Counted from the first letter of the stretch, positions 1 to 10,718 are shown. The stretch is DNA of 64,000 nucleotides from Basidiobolus meristosporus CBS 931.73 (GCA_002104905.1 MCFE01000355.1:1-64000), one strand, 5' to 3'. The notes: a model not told the origin generated them from the letters alone. Program-made: numbers and translations.

Positions 1-157
1 ACATTATTTCATACATGAAGCTATACAGAATAACTTAGTTAGCTTAGTTTATTTTCTTTCCAGTGAAATGATTGCAGACATATTTACCAAACCATTAGCT
101 AGAGACAAGTTTGATTATCTTAGGTCAAAATTAAGACTAGTCAGTAAGAACATTTAG
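1..157 (+). pseudogene. pol: Ty1/Copia pol 3' end (RNase H C-terminus), cut by the window edge
   Basis: Frame from nt 2 reads HYFIHEAIQNNLVSLVYFLSSEMIADIFTKPLARDKFDYLRSKL...*, the Copia RNase H ADIFTKPL motif. It is followed by the purine-rich tract TGAGTGGGAG. Confidence 0.9.
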
Positions 158-171
158 CTGAGTGGGAGCAT

Positions 172-292
172 TGTAAGAATTTGTAATTCTACCTGTATAT
201 TCACCTAACTTAGTCATTTAGAGCATTGACTTCAAACCCTAGAGAATATTGACCAAATTCCTTGTTGAGATGTACCTAGAATATTTTTACCA
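172..292 (+). repeat. Possible short or truncated Copia 3' LTR
   Basis: Starts TGTAAGAAT right after the polypurine tract and ends ...TTTTACCA where CACTA homology begins. No second copy in the window, so the end is tentative. Confidence 0.35.
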
Positions 293-294
293 AA

Positions 295-2600
295 ATACAA
301 GGTTCCCAGAACATGAAAATTCTCAAAGTTGTCCAAACAGCATCAAACCTTGCACACATGTTCTCAGGACCTTCCTTAGCCCATTCTACATGTTTGTTAT
401 GCCAAGACTATGTAAAAGTATAAATACTACTTTTCCATTTAATAAATCATTAAGTGAAAGTCACATAATCTACTTGTCCTCCCAAATCACTTCCAATATC
501 TCCAAGACTCTTACAACAACATCTGCTCCATAGGAAACTTCCAAAAGGTGAAGCAAGGCCCAATATTTTCCACACACCAAGCAAGATGGAGTCAAGAATG
601 GATACAACAGTGACAGAGATCTATTTATACAGCTTTATGCTTCTGTATGGCAATTCAAATCCAGTTCCAAGCTTCATGCATAATAGCTATAGATGGGTCA
701 AGTTGGCATTGTTAATGGCTTCCAGATAAATATTCCCGCAATGTTGCATATGACTCCCAGTGCATGTGATGAACTATTGTTGAAATGACTTGAGTAGGCC
801 AATTGAATAAATAGACATTTAGTTCATCCAGTACTTACATTTGTATTGTTGCATATGCATGTGAATATTGAATGGAGCTTGTGAGATATTCTTTGGGTAG
901 CAGACACTGTGCAATATCTTGCCAACTCATTCAGATTTCTGCAGTATCTCAAAGAACTCATTCAGCTTGATACACCACATATACAACTTGGTCATTTGTA
1001 TAGGGATATTGTTAAAAAGCTAATGAATTGTTCCCAATGGAAAGCTTTTGCTCTAATACATACCCTCTAACTTCAGTATCTCCAGTTTCCAATTAATTCC
1101 ATATTCTGGCCAATGGCTTATAGCTTGTCAACTTTGCTGCAACTGCATACTGACTTCTGTATTTTCTCTCCATAGGAAGATAATATTCTTGGTGTTTCTG
1201 TTGGATAATAATAGTGTATGTGAGTTATGTAGTAAATCCCCCAGTGCTCATATATTCGACTGCAATACTGTCCATTGTGCCCAGAAAAGCTGGCTATCTT
1301 GCTGATGGCTAGACATCTCCAATGTAGCTAATATTATGTGCTCTGGAAAGCATGCAAAAGTTCATCTAGCATTATATACAGGTAGGTGTCCAATTTGGAT
1401 GGTTATTTAGGCCCAAATACCAGTCAGACTACCATCAGATTTCTGCTCTGATGCTGTAGGATAGGCAACATATTGAGGATGATGAGAATCAGTGGCCAGC
1501 AGGATTTGCTGGCAGAGTACTTGTTTGATGAGAATCTATTAAGTGCTAAAGAAAAGGCATGGTCCCACATACCTTTAATGTAGCCCTTGATTCTTACATG
1601 TTTATAATGTTTACCATCAAGTATATTACAGATGTTTATGCTCAATTGATACTAAGTGTGGTACTTTATAGCCTAGCAATATTTGTTGCACTGCACAAGT
1701 TTCTTTAGATACTTGAATATATCCCAAATACAAATGATGTTTTCCTTTAATGATGGTGGATTCCTGACATGTTGAACATCTTTAAATGGTGGCATTTTCT
1801 GATGAGAATGTCAAGCAACTGTTAACACATGCTGGTATCAGGATGGTCTTGGGCCATATGCTGCCAGCACCATGACAGCTGTTCATTTGTACCATGTACA
1901 TGGCAGGTTGCATCCTGGAATGACTTTGGCAAGTAGTACTAAATTCTTAAAGCCCCCATTACTGATATTAGTGGAAACACACCACTTCTCTAGCCACAAC
2001 ATCACATCACTCACCAGTAGATGTATTACTGGGCTCACTTGGCTCCACAAAGTATCATTGGCATTTTTTTCTGGGTGTTGTCTCTTCACATATTGGGATT
2101 TTGCCAGGCTCATGCAGGGTACTGTTGTTAGGGGAGATAAGCTCACAATTTATCAGTGAGCCTTCTTCTTCAGAACAATCACTCTGTGCACCATATTTAG
2201 AAGGCTGAGGTGAGCCTAAATGTGTCAGAAGCCCACCTGACTCAGTTTGTGCAAGGTGGCAAGTACAGTTAGGTTCTCTCACACAGTTATCAAGTGGCTA
2301 GCAAATTATTGTTGGTACAGTGGTGACTAATATATGGTCAAATACAACTTGAGTGGCAAAGCGCTATCTTTAATCCTTGTAATACTTTCTATGCTATTTG
2401 TGTACTTCATGGCTGAGAGGATTATTAAAATAGCTCACAGTGTTGATTCAAAGTAGTTTTCTTCTTGGGTAAACAGCTTGACTCTCAGCCACTTAGCATT
2501 ACTACACCACTTCTTTGTCAATACTCATGTGAGTTGGAGACAAACTTTTAATTGAGACATTCACCAACATGAATGTGAGATTAACTAATTACCCAGTATT
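295..2600 (-). pseudogene. Decayed CACTA/EnSpm (Tnp2-like) transposase, copy 1
   Basis: Broken frames such as AFSLALNRFSSNKYSASKSCWPLILIILNMLPILQHQSRNLMVV match the LALxxDxF...LxILNLPP...N motif of Tnp2-family transposases. Collinear with the other copies; many stops. Confidence 0.8.
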
Positions 2601-2639
2601 GCAACAGTTGTAAATACAGTTGTGGCACCTTGTACATAT

Positions 2640-3721
2640 TGAGTTAATAATACATGTAGAGCAATCAGAATTGCAGGTAGAAATGCAGTATCTTTGCAGC
2701 AAACAATGAACTCAAGCAGCTCAATGTCACAACCAAGAGTTATGCCATTTCCCAATGCAACAGCAGAGGAACACCATACAGTCTTTGAAGCACAACAACA
2801 GTGCCCAAAGATAAAGCCTACAGAAAAATCTATCACTACATGGGAGGGTCAGACTATGGTGTTTATACTCAAGCACAACAATTAAATGACAATGAGGATA
2901 TGTGAGAATGTTGAGTGCAGTGATGAAGAGTGGGCAAATATTCAAGAGTCCATTAGTGGTCTAGCAAGGCATCACCTTAAGGCTAGCATACTATGGGACC
3001 CCCAGGATCTCAAGGCCAAGCAAAATGCACTTGACATGTGCCAGCAGTATTATTCTGGATTCAAGAAAGCAAATGGATCTTGAGCTAGCACTGGAAAGCA
3101 AAGAAAGTATCTCATGAATAGCAGAAATTATGAAAGATGGAAGAACAACAGTGCCAAGTCTAAGAACCAGTAGCTTCCTAAAGAGCCCATTACAAGCAGG
3201 GCCAAAAGCTCCAAAAAAGCCTCAAAGAGACATCAGGTAGCTGTCTCTCACAAGCAGGGCTGGAAGTTTCAAGAAGCATCAAAGAAATGTCAGATTGATG
3301 GTAGAGTGCCAGCAAGGGACAAGCAGACAAAAACAGATGCACCAGTGCAGCATTCATCCAGGAGAAAACAAAGTACAATACAAGAAGCACTTGGTCATAG
3401 TAGCAGTGAAGCACTTAGCAGTGATAAGTATCTGTTGCTTTCCCAGGAGCCAGTCACATGCAGGGCTAATAGTTCCAAGCAAGCAGCTAAGAGATATCAG
3501 GTTGCCCAGAAAGTGCTGGTAAGGGACAAGCAGGCCAAAGCAGATGTACCAGTGCAACATTCATTAAGGAGAATCAGAGCACTATGCAAGAAGCACTTAG
3601 TCAAAGTAGCCATGAGAGACTTGGCAGTAATGAAGGTAAAGGTGAAGAGAAGAAGGCTCACCCAAGCCAGAGACAGGGAAATGTCAGAATAAAGCTGCAG
3701 TTCTCACCAATCAAAGCTGTC
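2640..3721 (+). pseudogene. CACTA second ORF (divergent from the transposase), decayed; resumes at 18597-~18800 after the chromovirus insertion
   Basis: The EWANIQESISGLARHHLKASILWDPQDLKAKQNALD...KYLMNSRNYER segment recurs at 60300-60620 (-). The sequence continues collinearly after the CTGTC target duplication. Confidence 0.7.
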
Positions 3722-4242
3722 TGTCATGATCACATGACAACCATGAGCACCCATGCCAAGTTTCAGCTTCCTAGCTCAATTTCTAAGAGATTCCTTCTGG
3801 AACCTTCTACCACCTTCCAGAAAGTTCCTGAACATTCCAGACCATTGTTACACAATAGAACATTCCATGGAAGCTTTCCATCGTATTTTTCATAGTCCCG
3901 TACCATATATGGAAATACCAGGTCACATGAATTAGTCACATGATCAGGTGACCCAATCCATTTCCCCATCCTGTCTCAGTGCCGTGTCATCTGTGTCATT
4001 ACCCCCAGCACCATTGCTGTGCCTCACCCCACAACCCCATTAGTATTAGCTAATATCTCTTGGCATCAGTATAGCCAAAAAGTATATATAGTCCTATCCC
4101 CCCTTAAGTATTCCTCAGTCTGATAAACACAGGTCTTGAATAAACAGCCTTGCCTTGAATCCTGCCTTGCCTTGATGGTCCACACCTAAGTCCTTTCCTG
4201 CCGTGCCTAGCTTTTCCTCCTGCCTTGTGTCTATTCATAACA
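3722..4242 (+). repeat. 5' LTR of chromovirus A (521 bp)
   Basis: TGTCATGA...TCATAACA. TATA-like TATATATA at ~4083 and AATAAA at ~4139. About 15 differences from the 3' LTR, counted by eye. Confidence 0.95.
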
Positions 4243-4244
4243 GT

Positions 4245-4255
4245 TTTATCAGACT
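4245..4255 (+). other. Self-priming primer-binding site (Tf1-type)
   Basis: TTTATCAGACT is the exact reverse complement of AGTCTGATAAA (4117-4127), which lies ~30 nt downstream of the LTR TATA box. No tRNA-complementary PBS is visible. Confidence 0.8.
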
Positions 4256-4648
4256 CTCCTGACTTACCTGTGGATCCCTGCCTTCTGCCCAAAGTTTGAA
4301 GAAAACTTGTAAAAGGAATACTCACCGTAAGTATCACCCATCATCTTTCCCTAGTCTTGTCCTTTAAAGGCAAAGATACTTTATCTTTGTAAAACTATTG
4401 GTCAAAGCTGCATTCACTTTATTACCCTGCTGGTGGAGTTTACAGTTGTTACAGTATTGGAAGCTTTAGTACAATACTCTATCAAAGGACAATGAAACCA
4501 GTACCTTCTGAAGTGACGCTAACTTATTTAAGTTGGGGATTGTGGCTCAATAGTTGAATTCTTGACATACTAGTGGCTTTACAAACCCACAATCTAGTTT
4601 AGTAAATTCCAGTATTCCTTGCAAGTTCATCCGCCTTCCTCTGCTACC

Positions 4649-5581
4649 ATGTCCAACCTAGAGCTGAACTTTGACCAGCTCATGGTTGCCTTTACCCAAC
4701 TGCAGCAAGACCATGCAGACCTCAGAAACACTCTTGCTCAGCTCCAGAACCAAAGTGTCCAGCAAACTAGCCATGTCCCAGTCTACCAAGAACCCAAGTA
4801 TACTCCTGCTAGCAAGTTCAATGGCTCTCAGAATGAATTCTGTGGCTTCATCAACATGGTGAAGAACAATCTTGCACTCCAGCCCAACCAGTACCGCACT
4901 GACCAGGCCAAAGTTGGTTTCATCTCCAACCTGCTTACTGGTACAGCTCTCAAGTGGTTCTCCCCATTAGTGGAGACCAACTCTCCCCTACTCAGAGACT
5001 ACTAAGCTTTTCTCACAGAAATGGAGCTAACGTTTGGTAATCTTGACCAAGCCAGAACTGCTGCCAACAAGGTCAAGACCCTCAAACAAGGGAACAAACC
5101 AGCCTCAGTATATGCCTCAGAATTCCGACAACTCTCCAGTGACCTCAGCTCCTGGGGTCAAACAGCCTTGATAAGCCAATTCCAAGATGGCCTTAATGAT
5201 GAAGTTTGTGATCTGCTACTCACACTCCCAGATCCAGATACATTGGTTGAAGCTATGCACCAAGCAATCCGGTGTGATAACAGACTATTCCAGAAGAAGC
5301 AAAAGAACCGTCAAAGACACATTCCTGTTGCCGTCCCAGCCCCTCCTGCTCCCCAAGTCACTCCAGAAGATCCTATGCAGATTGATAGTGCCAAATACAA
5401 GAAACTATCAAAGAGTGAAAAGTCCAGACGTCAACCAGCCAACCTCTGTCTATACTGTGGCCAACCAGGTCACTTTGCCAAGTCCTGCCCCAACAAGAAG
5501 TCCAGCTTCAAGCTGATGCAGTCCTACAGCAACCAACCTGATCCAGATCTGTTGGGAAACTCCAATGTCCAGTTGCACTGA
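4649..5581 (+). pseudogene. gag: Gag of chromovirus A (sushi/PEG10-like capsid plus CCHC knuckle), one premature stop at 5003-5005
   Basis: KVGFISNLLTGTALKWF, LKQGNKPASVYASEFR, PMQID and CLYCGQPGHFAKSC. The two track ORFs (4619-5005, 5021-5581) are in the same frame. Confidence 0.93.
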
Positions 5582-5598
5582 CAGGCTTGCAACTGGAC
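5554..5598 (+). promoter_or_regulatory. -1 ribosomal frameshift signal
   Basis: Slippery G GGA AAC (5554-5560), 6-nt spacer, then a perfect 11-bp stem GTCCAGTTGCA (5567-5577)/TGCAACTGGAC (5588-5598). The -1 frame is the protease frame. Confidence 0.85.
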
Positions 5599-7312
5599 CC
5601 ACCCATGAAAATCCAGCATATCCAAGAATCTTCCTTTGCCACAAAATCTATCCAGTCCTTGAGAATGCCTGTCAAAATCCAGATCCCTGACTCCAGTCCT
5701 GTCCCAGTCCTAGCCCTGATTGATTCCGGTGCTTCATCCTGTTTCATTGACCAAGCCTTTGTCCAGAAGCACTCTATTCCTGTTACCTTGAAATCCTGTC
5801 CAGTCCAAGTAGAAGATATTGATGGAAGATCACTCTCCTCTGGTGCCATTACCCACGGAACATGCCTACTCCAGCTGTCCAGTACTGCCCACCAAGAAAG
5901 AATTGCCTTCAACATCATCAACTCACCACACTATCCTATTGTGCTTGGAAGCTCATGGCTGAGCTACCACAATCCAAGTATTGATTAGAAATCCAAGATC
6001 CTGTCATTCACCAGATCCCACCAAGTCAACTCCATGAAATCTCCAGACCCTGATAACCGTGAAAAGACTGTTGCCAACAGTTCTACAGCCCAAGATACCT
6101 TGCCAGCTGAAGGAGCCCCCTCAGCAAACATACCAGCCAAGTACCAAGAGTTTACCCATGTCTTTGACAAGAAGAAAGCAGAACTCCTCCCTGACCATTG
6201 GCCTTATGACTGCCCTATTGACCTTGAAGATGGAAAATTCCCTCCATTTGGCCCAATATATAACCTCTCCCAGCCGGAGTTGAAAGAACTCCATGGTTAT
6301 ATTGAAGAAAACCTCCAGAAGGGTTTTATTCAGCACTCCAAATCACCTGCCAGAGCCCCAATCCTCTTTGTCAAGAAGAAGGATGGCACACTCAGAATGT
6401 GTGTGGACTACCGTGCTTTGAATAAGATCACAGTCAAGAACCGCTACCCCCTGCCCCTGATCAACACACTGTTGGATCAACTATCTGCTGCCCAAGTCTT
6501 CACCAAGATTGACTTGAGAGGAGCTTACAATATTGTCAGAATCAAGCCCGGTGATGAATGGAAAACTGCCTTTCGCACAAGATATGGCCACTTTGAATAC
6601 AAAGTAATGCGATTTGGCCTCACCAATGCCCCTGCTGTGTTTCAACACCTCATGAATGACATATTCTGTGAATATCTTGACCATTTTGTGGTAATCTACT
6701 TTGATGATATTCTCATATACTCCAAGAGCCAAGATGAACATGATGAACATGTCAAGAAAGTATTGAGAAAACTAGACTCTGCCGGTCTCTATGCCAAGCT
6801 AGAGAAGTGTGAATTTGACCAGAGAGAAGTGGAATTTCTTGGTTATCTCATCAGCCCTGAGGGAACAAGAATGGACCCAAAGAAAGTTGACTCAGTCCAA
6901 TCCTGGAAAACTCCAAGCTCAGTCAAGGAAGTACAATCCTTCCTGGGATTTGCCAACTTCTATCGCAGGTTGATAGCCAACTACTCCAAGATAGTCACCC
7001 CTCTGACAAAGCTTACCCAGAAGAACACACCTTTTGCCTGGAATGAGGAGCAATCCAGCTCATTCAACCAACTCAAGAAATCTTTCCTGAAGGCCCCCCT
7101 GCTTGCCCACCCTGACCTTGAGAAGCAATTCATAGTGGAGACTGATGCTTCTGATTTTGCCCTTGGTGCTATACTCTCCCAGTATGATGAGGACAATGTG
7201 TTGCACCCCATTGCATTCTACTCTTGGAAGTTCTCCCCTGCAGAGATCAATTATGATATCTATGATAAGGAGTTGCTTGCCATCATTGTAGCCTTTGAGC
7301 AATGGAGACACT
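5560..7312 (+). pseudogene. pol: Chromovirus A pol part 1: protease, reverse transcriptase, RNase H N-part
   Basis: ALIDSGASSCF (protease), RMCVDYRALN, KTAFRTRYGHFEY, YFDDILIYS, VETDASDFALGAIL. In-frame TAG at 5986-5988. Interrupted at WRH|YL by the PHIS element. Confidence 0.95.
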
Positions 7313-7495
7313 AGACTTGTTCCGTTGGATAGTGCCACATAGTGCCAGCCAGTTTATAGTGCTGGATTGATCTGGCACTCTATGGCACTATCTGGCACTA
7401 TAATTTCCACCATGATGCCAGTGGTATGATACAGTTACTGGTAATTTTACTCAATCTTACTTATGTTGCTCAGAATAGTGCTTTGCTTGCTTTAT

Positions 7496-8380
7496 TTACT
7501 CTTCATAATGCTCCAGACACATTTCTCTCAGTGGATGTCTTCTTGTATGAACATACTGTGCATTAATAAGTATCTTAACTATTTTACCTATTCTGCTGTT
7601 TTCACCTATATATGACTTTCCTCTGTATTTACCTGCCAATATGCTGAATCTCTTCAGATATCCAAATGTGTGCTCTACCCTTACTCTGAAATGATTAAAT
7701 ATCTCATTGTAGAGCTTCTGCTTCCTGCTAAGCACACCATTCCTTGGCTTCCTATAAGCTGTAATACATCCTAATCTCTGACAATCCTCTCCTATATAGG
7801 CCAAGTCTGCCATACATTTCTCCCCTCTACTGAGTTCAGGATGATTCTCTACCCAGAGTGCTTTGTCATGCCTACTTCCAGCAAATGGCCCACTAAACCA
7901 GATGATGCTACCCTCAATGTCAGACAGTGCTTGAAACTTCACACAGTGTGCCTTGTACTTGCCAGAATAAAAGTGCCTCTGCCCTCTAGAAGGTCTGTTA
8001 ATCCTCACTGGGAAGGTATCCAAAATACTCCTGATATGGAACCTGTTGCTGAACACTCTGGGATATGGAAGTCTATTGGAGCTTCTGAACCTAGTATTCC
8101 AAGCTTGCTCCAAGTCATTCATACCCTCTGCAAGGTGGTTCTCCATTGCTGTCAGCTGGGAATGAAAGCTTCTAGGACTTTTGTTGCCATGGATGGTGGG
8201 ATGAAACCTTGTAGGGCAATAGTTCTTGTAATAGCAGAGAAGCTTAACAAGGGATCTCCTTGAGTAGATTGGGGTTGATGGTCCACAGTACTTGGAATAG
8301 ATCTCCTCCAGTGTGTCAAAAGGAAATCCAGTGGTAGTGATGGGATTGATGAGAAAAGACCATTCAGATGAGTAAGTCAT
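7496..8380 (-). CDS. DDE transposase (DDE_Tnp_4-like, IS5/PIF-Harbinger/ISL2EU group), intact, 294 aa
   Basis: ILDTFPV, SGPFAGSRHDKALW, MADLAY and RVRVEHTFGYLKRFSIL match the D-D-E blocks of this family. The frame is also open in copy 3 and in the part of copy 4 inside the window. Confidence 0.93.
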   Translation of the reverse strand: MTYSSEWSFLINPITTTGFPFDTLEEIYSKYCGPSTPIYSRRSLVKLLCYYKNYCPTRFHPTIHGNKSPRSFHSQLTAMENHLAEGMNDLEQAWNTRFRSSNRLPYPRVFSNRFHIRSILDTFPVRINRPSRGQRHFYSGKYKAHCVKFQALSDIEGSIIWFSGPFAGSRHDKALWVENHPELSRGEKCMADLAYIGEDCQRLGCITAYRKPRNGVLSRKQKLYNEIFNHFRVRVEHTFGYLKRFSILAGKYRGKSYIGENSRIGKIVKILINAQYVHTRRHPLREMCLEHYEE

Positions 8381-8739
8381 ATAAAAATTGATGGATGATT
8401 GTATGGAGGCGGTTTGAATTGATTCGGCGCGATCTGCATTATTTATCTGATTTTTAACACATTATGGTTAAATCTCCATCAATTGCCATATATCCCATCA
8501 TTATGTTGCAAAAATCATCCGCAAACAATGCCTTGGTACTTTTATTGATGCTTTAATCATAGGTCTATAATCAAATAGGAAATCTGCAATTGATGTGATC
8601 TGATCCGTGTCAACGCGATCCGAGATGCATCATGCATAATATATGGAAAATTCAACAATTACTTTAGTTTTCATATATATTTCATATAAGACCAGGTCGA
8701 TGCCAATATACTGCTGTATAAGTATCCAAATCCGTTGCT

Positions 8740-9972
8740 ATGGTCCCCATACCAAGCCTCAACTCATCTTTAGTACAACCCAGACAAAACCCATCCCCCA
8801 GCTCACAAGCGCGGTCCGGACCGGAAAAGTCGATGTCGGATCTGTTTGAGTTCTTGCCAAATGATTTTAGTATGGCCCAAGTGTCTATGATGAGCCTTCA
8901 TACAGATATTTGGGCACTACTGATTAATCTAGCAGAACTAGATACCTCAGAGAGTCAACAAAGATGGAAGAATTTGAGTAAAAAGCTGTGGCATGAGTTC
9001 TACATCAAGATGCCAGCCGATGTATGTAAAAAGATATATAACAAGACAAGTATTGAAATCAAGAATGAGCTGAGAGTGAGGGGATTTGACAAGGAAGCTG
9101 CGCGGGAACGGTTTCGCGCGCAATTTGCGCAGTACGGGCCGGACGCGTCCGTTTGTGCCTCAACTTTGGGAACCAAAGAGATTTTGAATGAGTTTTTGCC
9201 TCAAATGACTAATGTACTACGTGATATATTAGTAGAGCTAAATGGCTTCCAAGAGCAATATACACAGGACTCATCCAGGCAACAGCTCCAAAGTATCAGA
9301 CAGAGGGTAAGTGAATACCTTGAGGAATCAGCTGGTGAGCTTCAGGAGGAAGAATACAGACCGCAAGCAACATCGTCCAGATTGCGCCAGCACGCCTCGC
9401 TGGATTCCCTACCATCTCTTGCAACCACAGTGCGCCGGCGCACGTCAGTCCAGACCACGCCAACACCCTTTACCAGAACGCCCCGCGTCGAGTCAACGCG
9501 CGCGCTTCAGAGCAAAACTACCAGAACTTGCCAAACTGCTCATTTAGACACAAGTCCATTGGAGTGGACCAAGTCGCGTCAACATGCGGCATCACATTGA
9601 ACTCAGCCAAGGGCCATCTCAACGCATCAAGGCGCGCCTGCACGTGCCGTTTTGCCTGACCATCAGCGAGTTACTTCTGGTGAACCGACTAATGATGACC
9701 AACATGAAGTGACTCAACCACCGGAGCCCTTGGCAAGTAAAAGAACGCATCAGCGCGTGGCACTACAGGCCGGTTCAGTTGGTTCAGTCGGAGTGATTCT
9801 GCGCGGCCAAGCTGCAGCATCGCACTCATCATCTAGGAGGCAAAATACTGACAACAAATACACAAGTAGCCAAGATGATAGTCAGCCAGGAAGTAGTATA
9901 GGTTTGCAAAGTGAGTCACTACCAAATGCTTCAGTAGTAATCCCTGTGAGAAAAAAACCCAGGAGAAGATGA
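8740..9972 (+). pseudogene. PHIS ORF2: putative Myb/SANT(MADF)-like DNA-binding protein with low-complexity tail and C-terminal NLS; one nonsense codon (9598-9600)
   Basis: IWALLINLAELDTSESQQRWKNLSKK resembles the MADF W...RWKNL helix, and the protein ends VRKKPRRR. Copy 2 has CGA (Arg) where copy 1 has TGA, giving one ~410-aa ORF. The start codon is uncertain. Confidence 0.7.
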
Positions 9973-10718
9973 TGCGATTGCTTTGAATCGCTCACATTTG
10001 TAATGATACCGACAACCCTTTTTTTTTGCGATCCAAATCAAGCCATCGCAAATCAGTGATCATCAAATTTTTGATATAAGTAATATCAAGGTCGTCTCAC
10101 ATTTGAGACAGAACCCCTATAAATAAACACCCTGCATATATATACGTCATCTGTAATACCAGTGCAGCTATTGGATCTGTTTCGCACCTACACGATCGCT
10201 TGCGTGCTAGCTATGACACCTTGCCCAATCACTAGGATCAGGGATTTACTTGCTCAATGGGCAAAATGGGATATTTGTTGGCGAATCAGGTAGCTTTTTC
10301 AGTAGTCAATGAGCCAATTGGGGGCTGCCAGCGTCAGGATACTTTTGGATCAATTAACCACTGAGATACCGTCCAATTGGAGTGAGGGTAACCAAAATGG
10401 TAAGTATCAGTGTAATTTATAGTGTGATACACATTTATTTCCATTTACATTAAAGAAACATATCCAAATACCGGATTTTACCTGCCATTATAGCGGTATC
10501 CAATCGCGCACGTGATGCAAGCATTATGAGTTGGCGCAATCATCCGCGCCAACCTCATTGTGTCTGATTGTGCCATAGTGTGCGAGATTGTCCCGCATAG
10601 TGCGAAATCGTCCATGAACAATCCTGCCTTCTGGTAGCTATAATATCGCGCCTGATTGTTCTTTGCAACCGCAGATTGCGCCGCGTGCCCTGGCACGGTA
10701 CAATGGAACAAGTCTACT

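Larger units (their letters stand above)
7313..10715. mobile_element. PHIS (PIF/Harbinger-superfamily, Pangu-like) DNA transposon, copy 1, full length 3403 bp
   Basis: Termini AGACTTGTTCC...GGAACAAGTCT and 3-bp TSD ACT. Removing the element restores pol WRHYLDG. Two divergent ORFs; subterminal GGCACTAT/ATAGTGCC repeats. Confidence 0.93.

Noticed and set aside
4531-4560. GGGGATTGTGGCTCAATAG as a tRNA 5' half or SINE head
   Set aside because: No B-box/T-arm or cloverleaf follows in any of the three copies.
5508-7338. Antisense ORFs over pol, and most other 60-130 aa track ORFs
   Set aside because: They are shadows or fragments of TE coding sequence with no independent motifs.
7313-7420. Short GGCACTAT/ATAGTGCC repeats as a CRISPR-like array
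   Set aside because: Irregular spacing, no unique spacers, eukaryotic context. They are transposon subterminal repeats.
8400-9150. ~200-bp periodicity of CpG clusters (8420, 8610, 8820) as a nucleosome-linker pattern
   Set aside because: Only three intervals, and the spacing breaks down further on; cannot be supported without autocorrelation over many copies.
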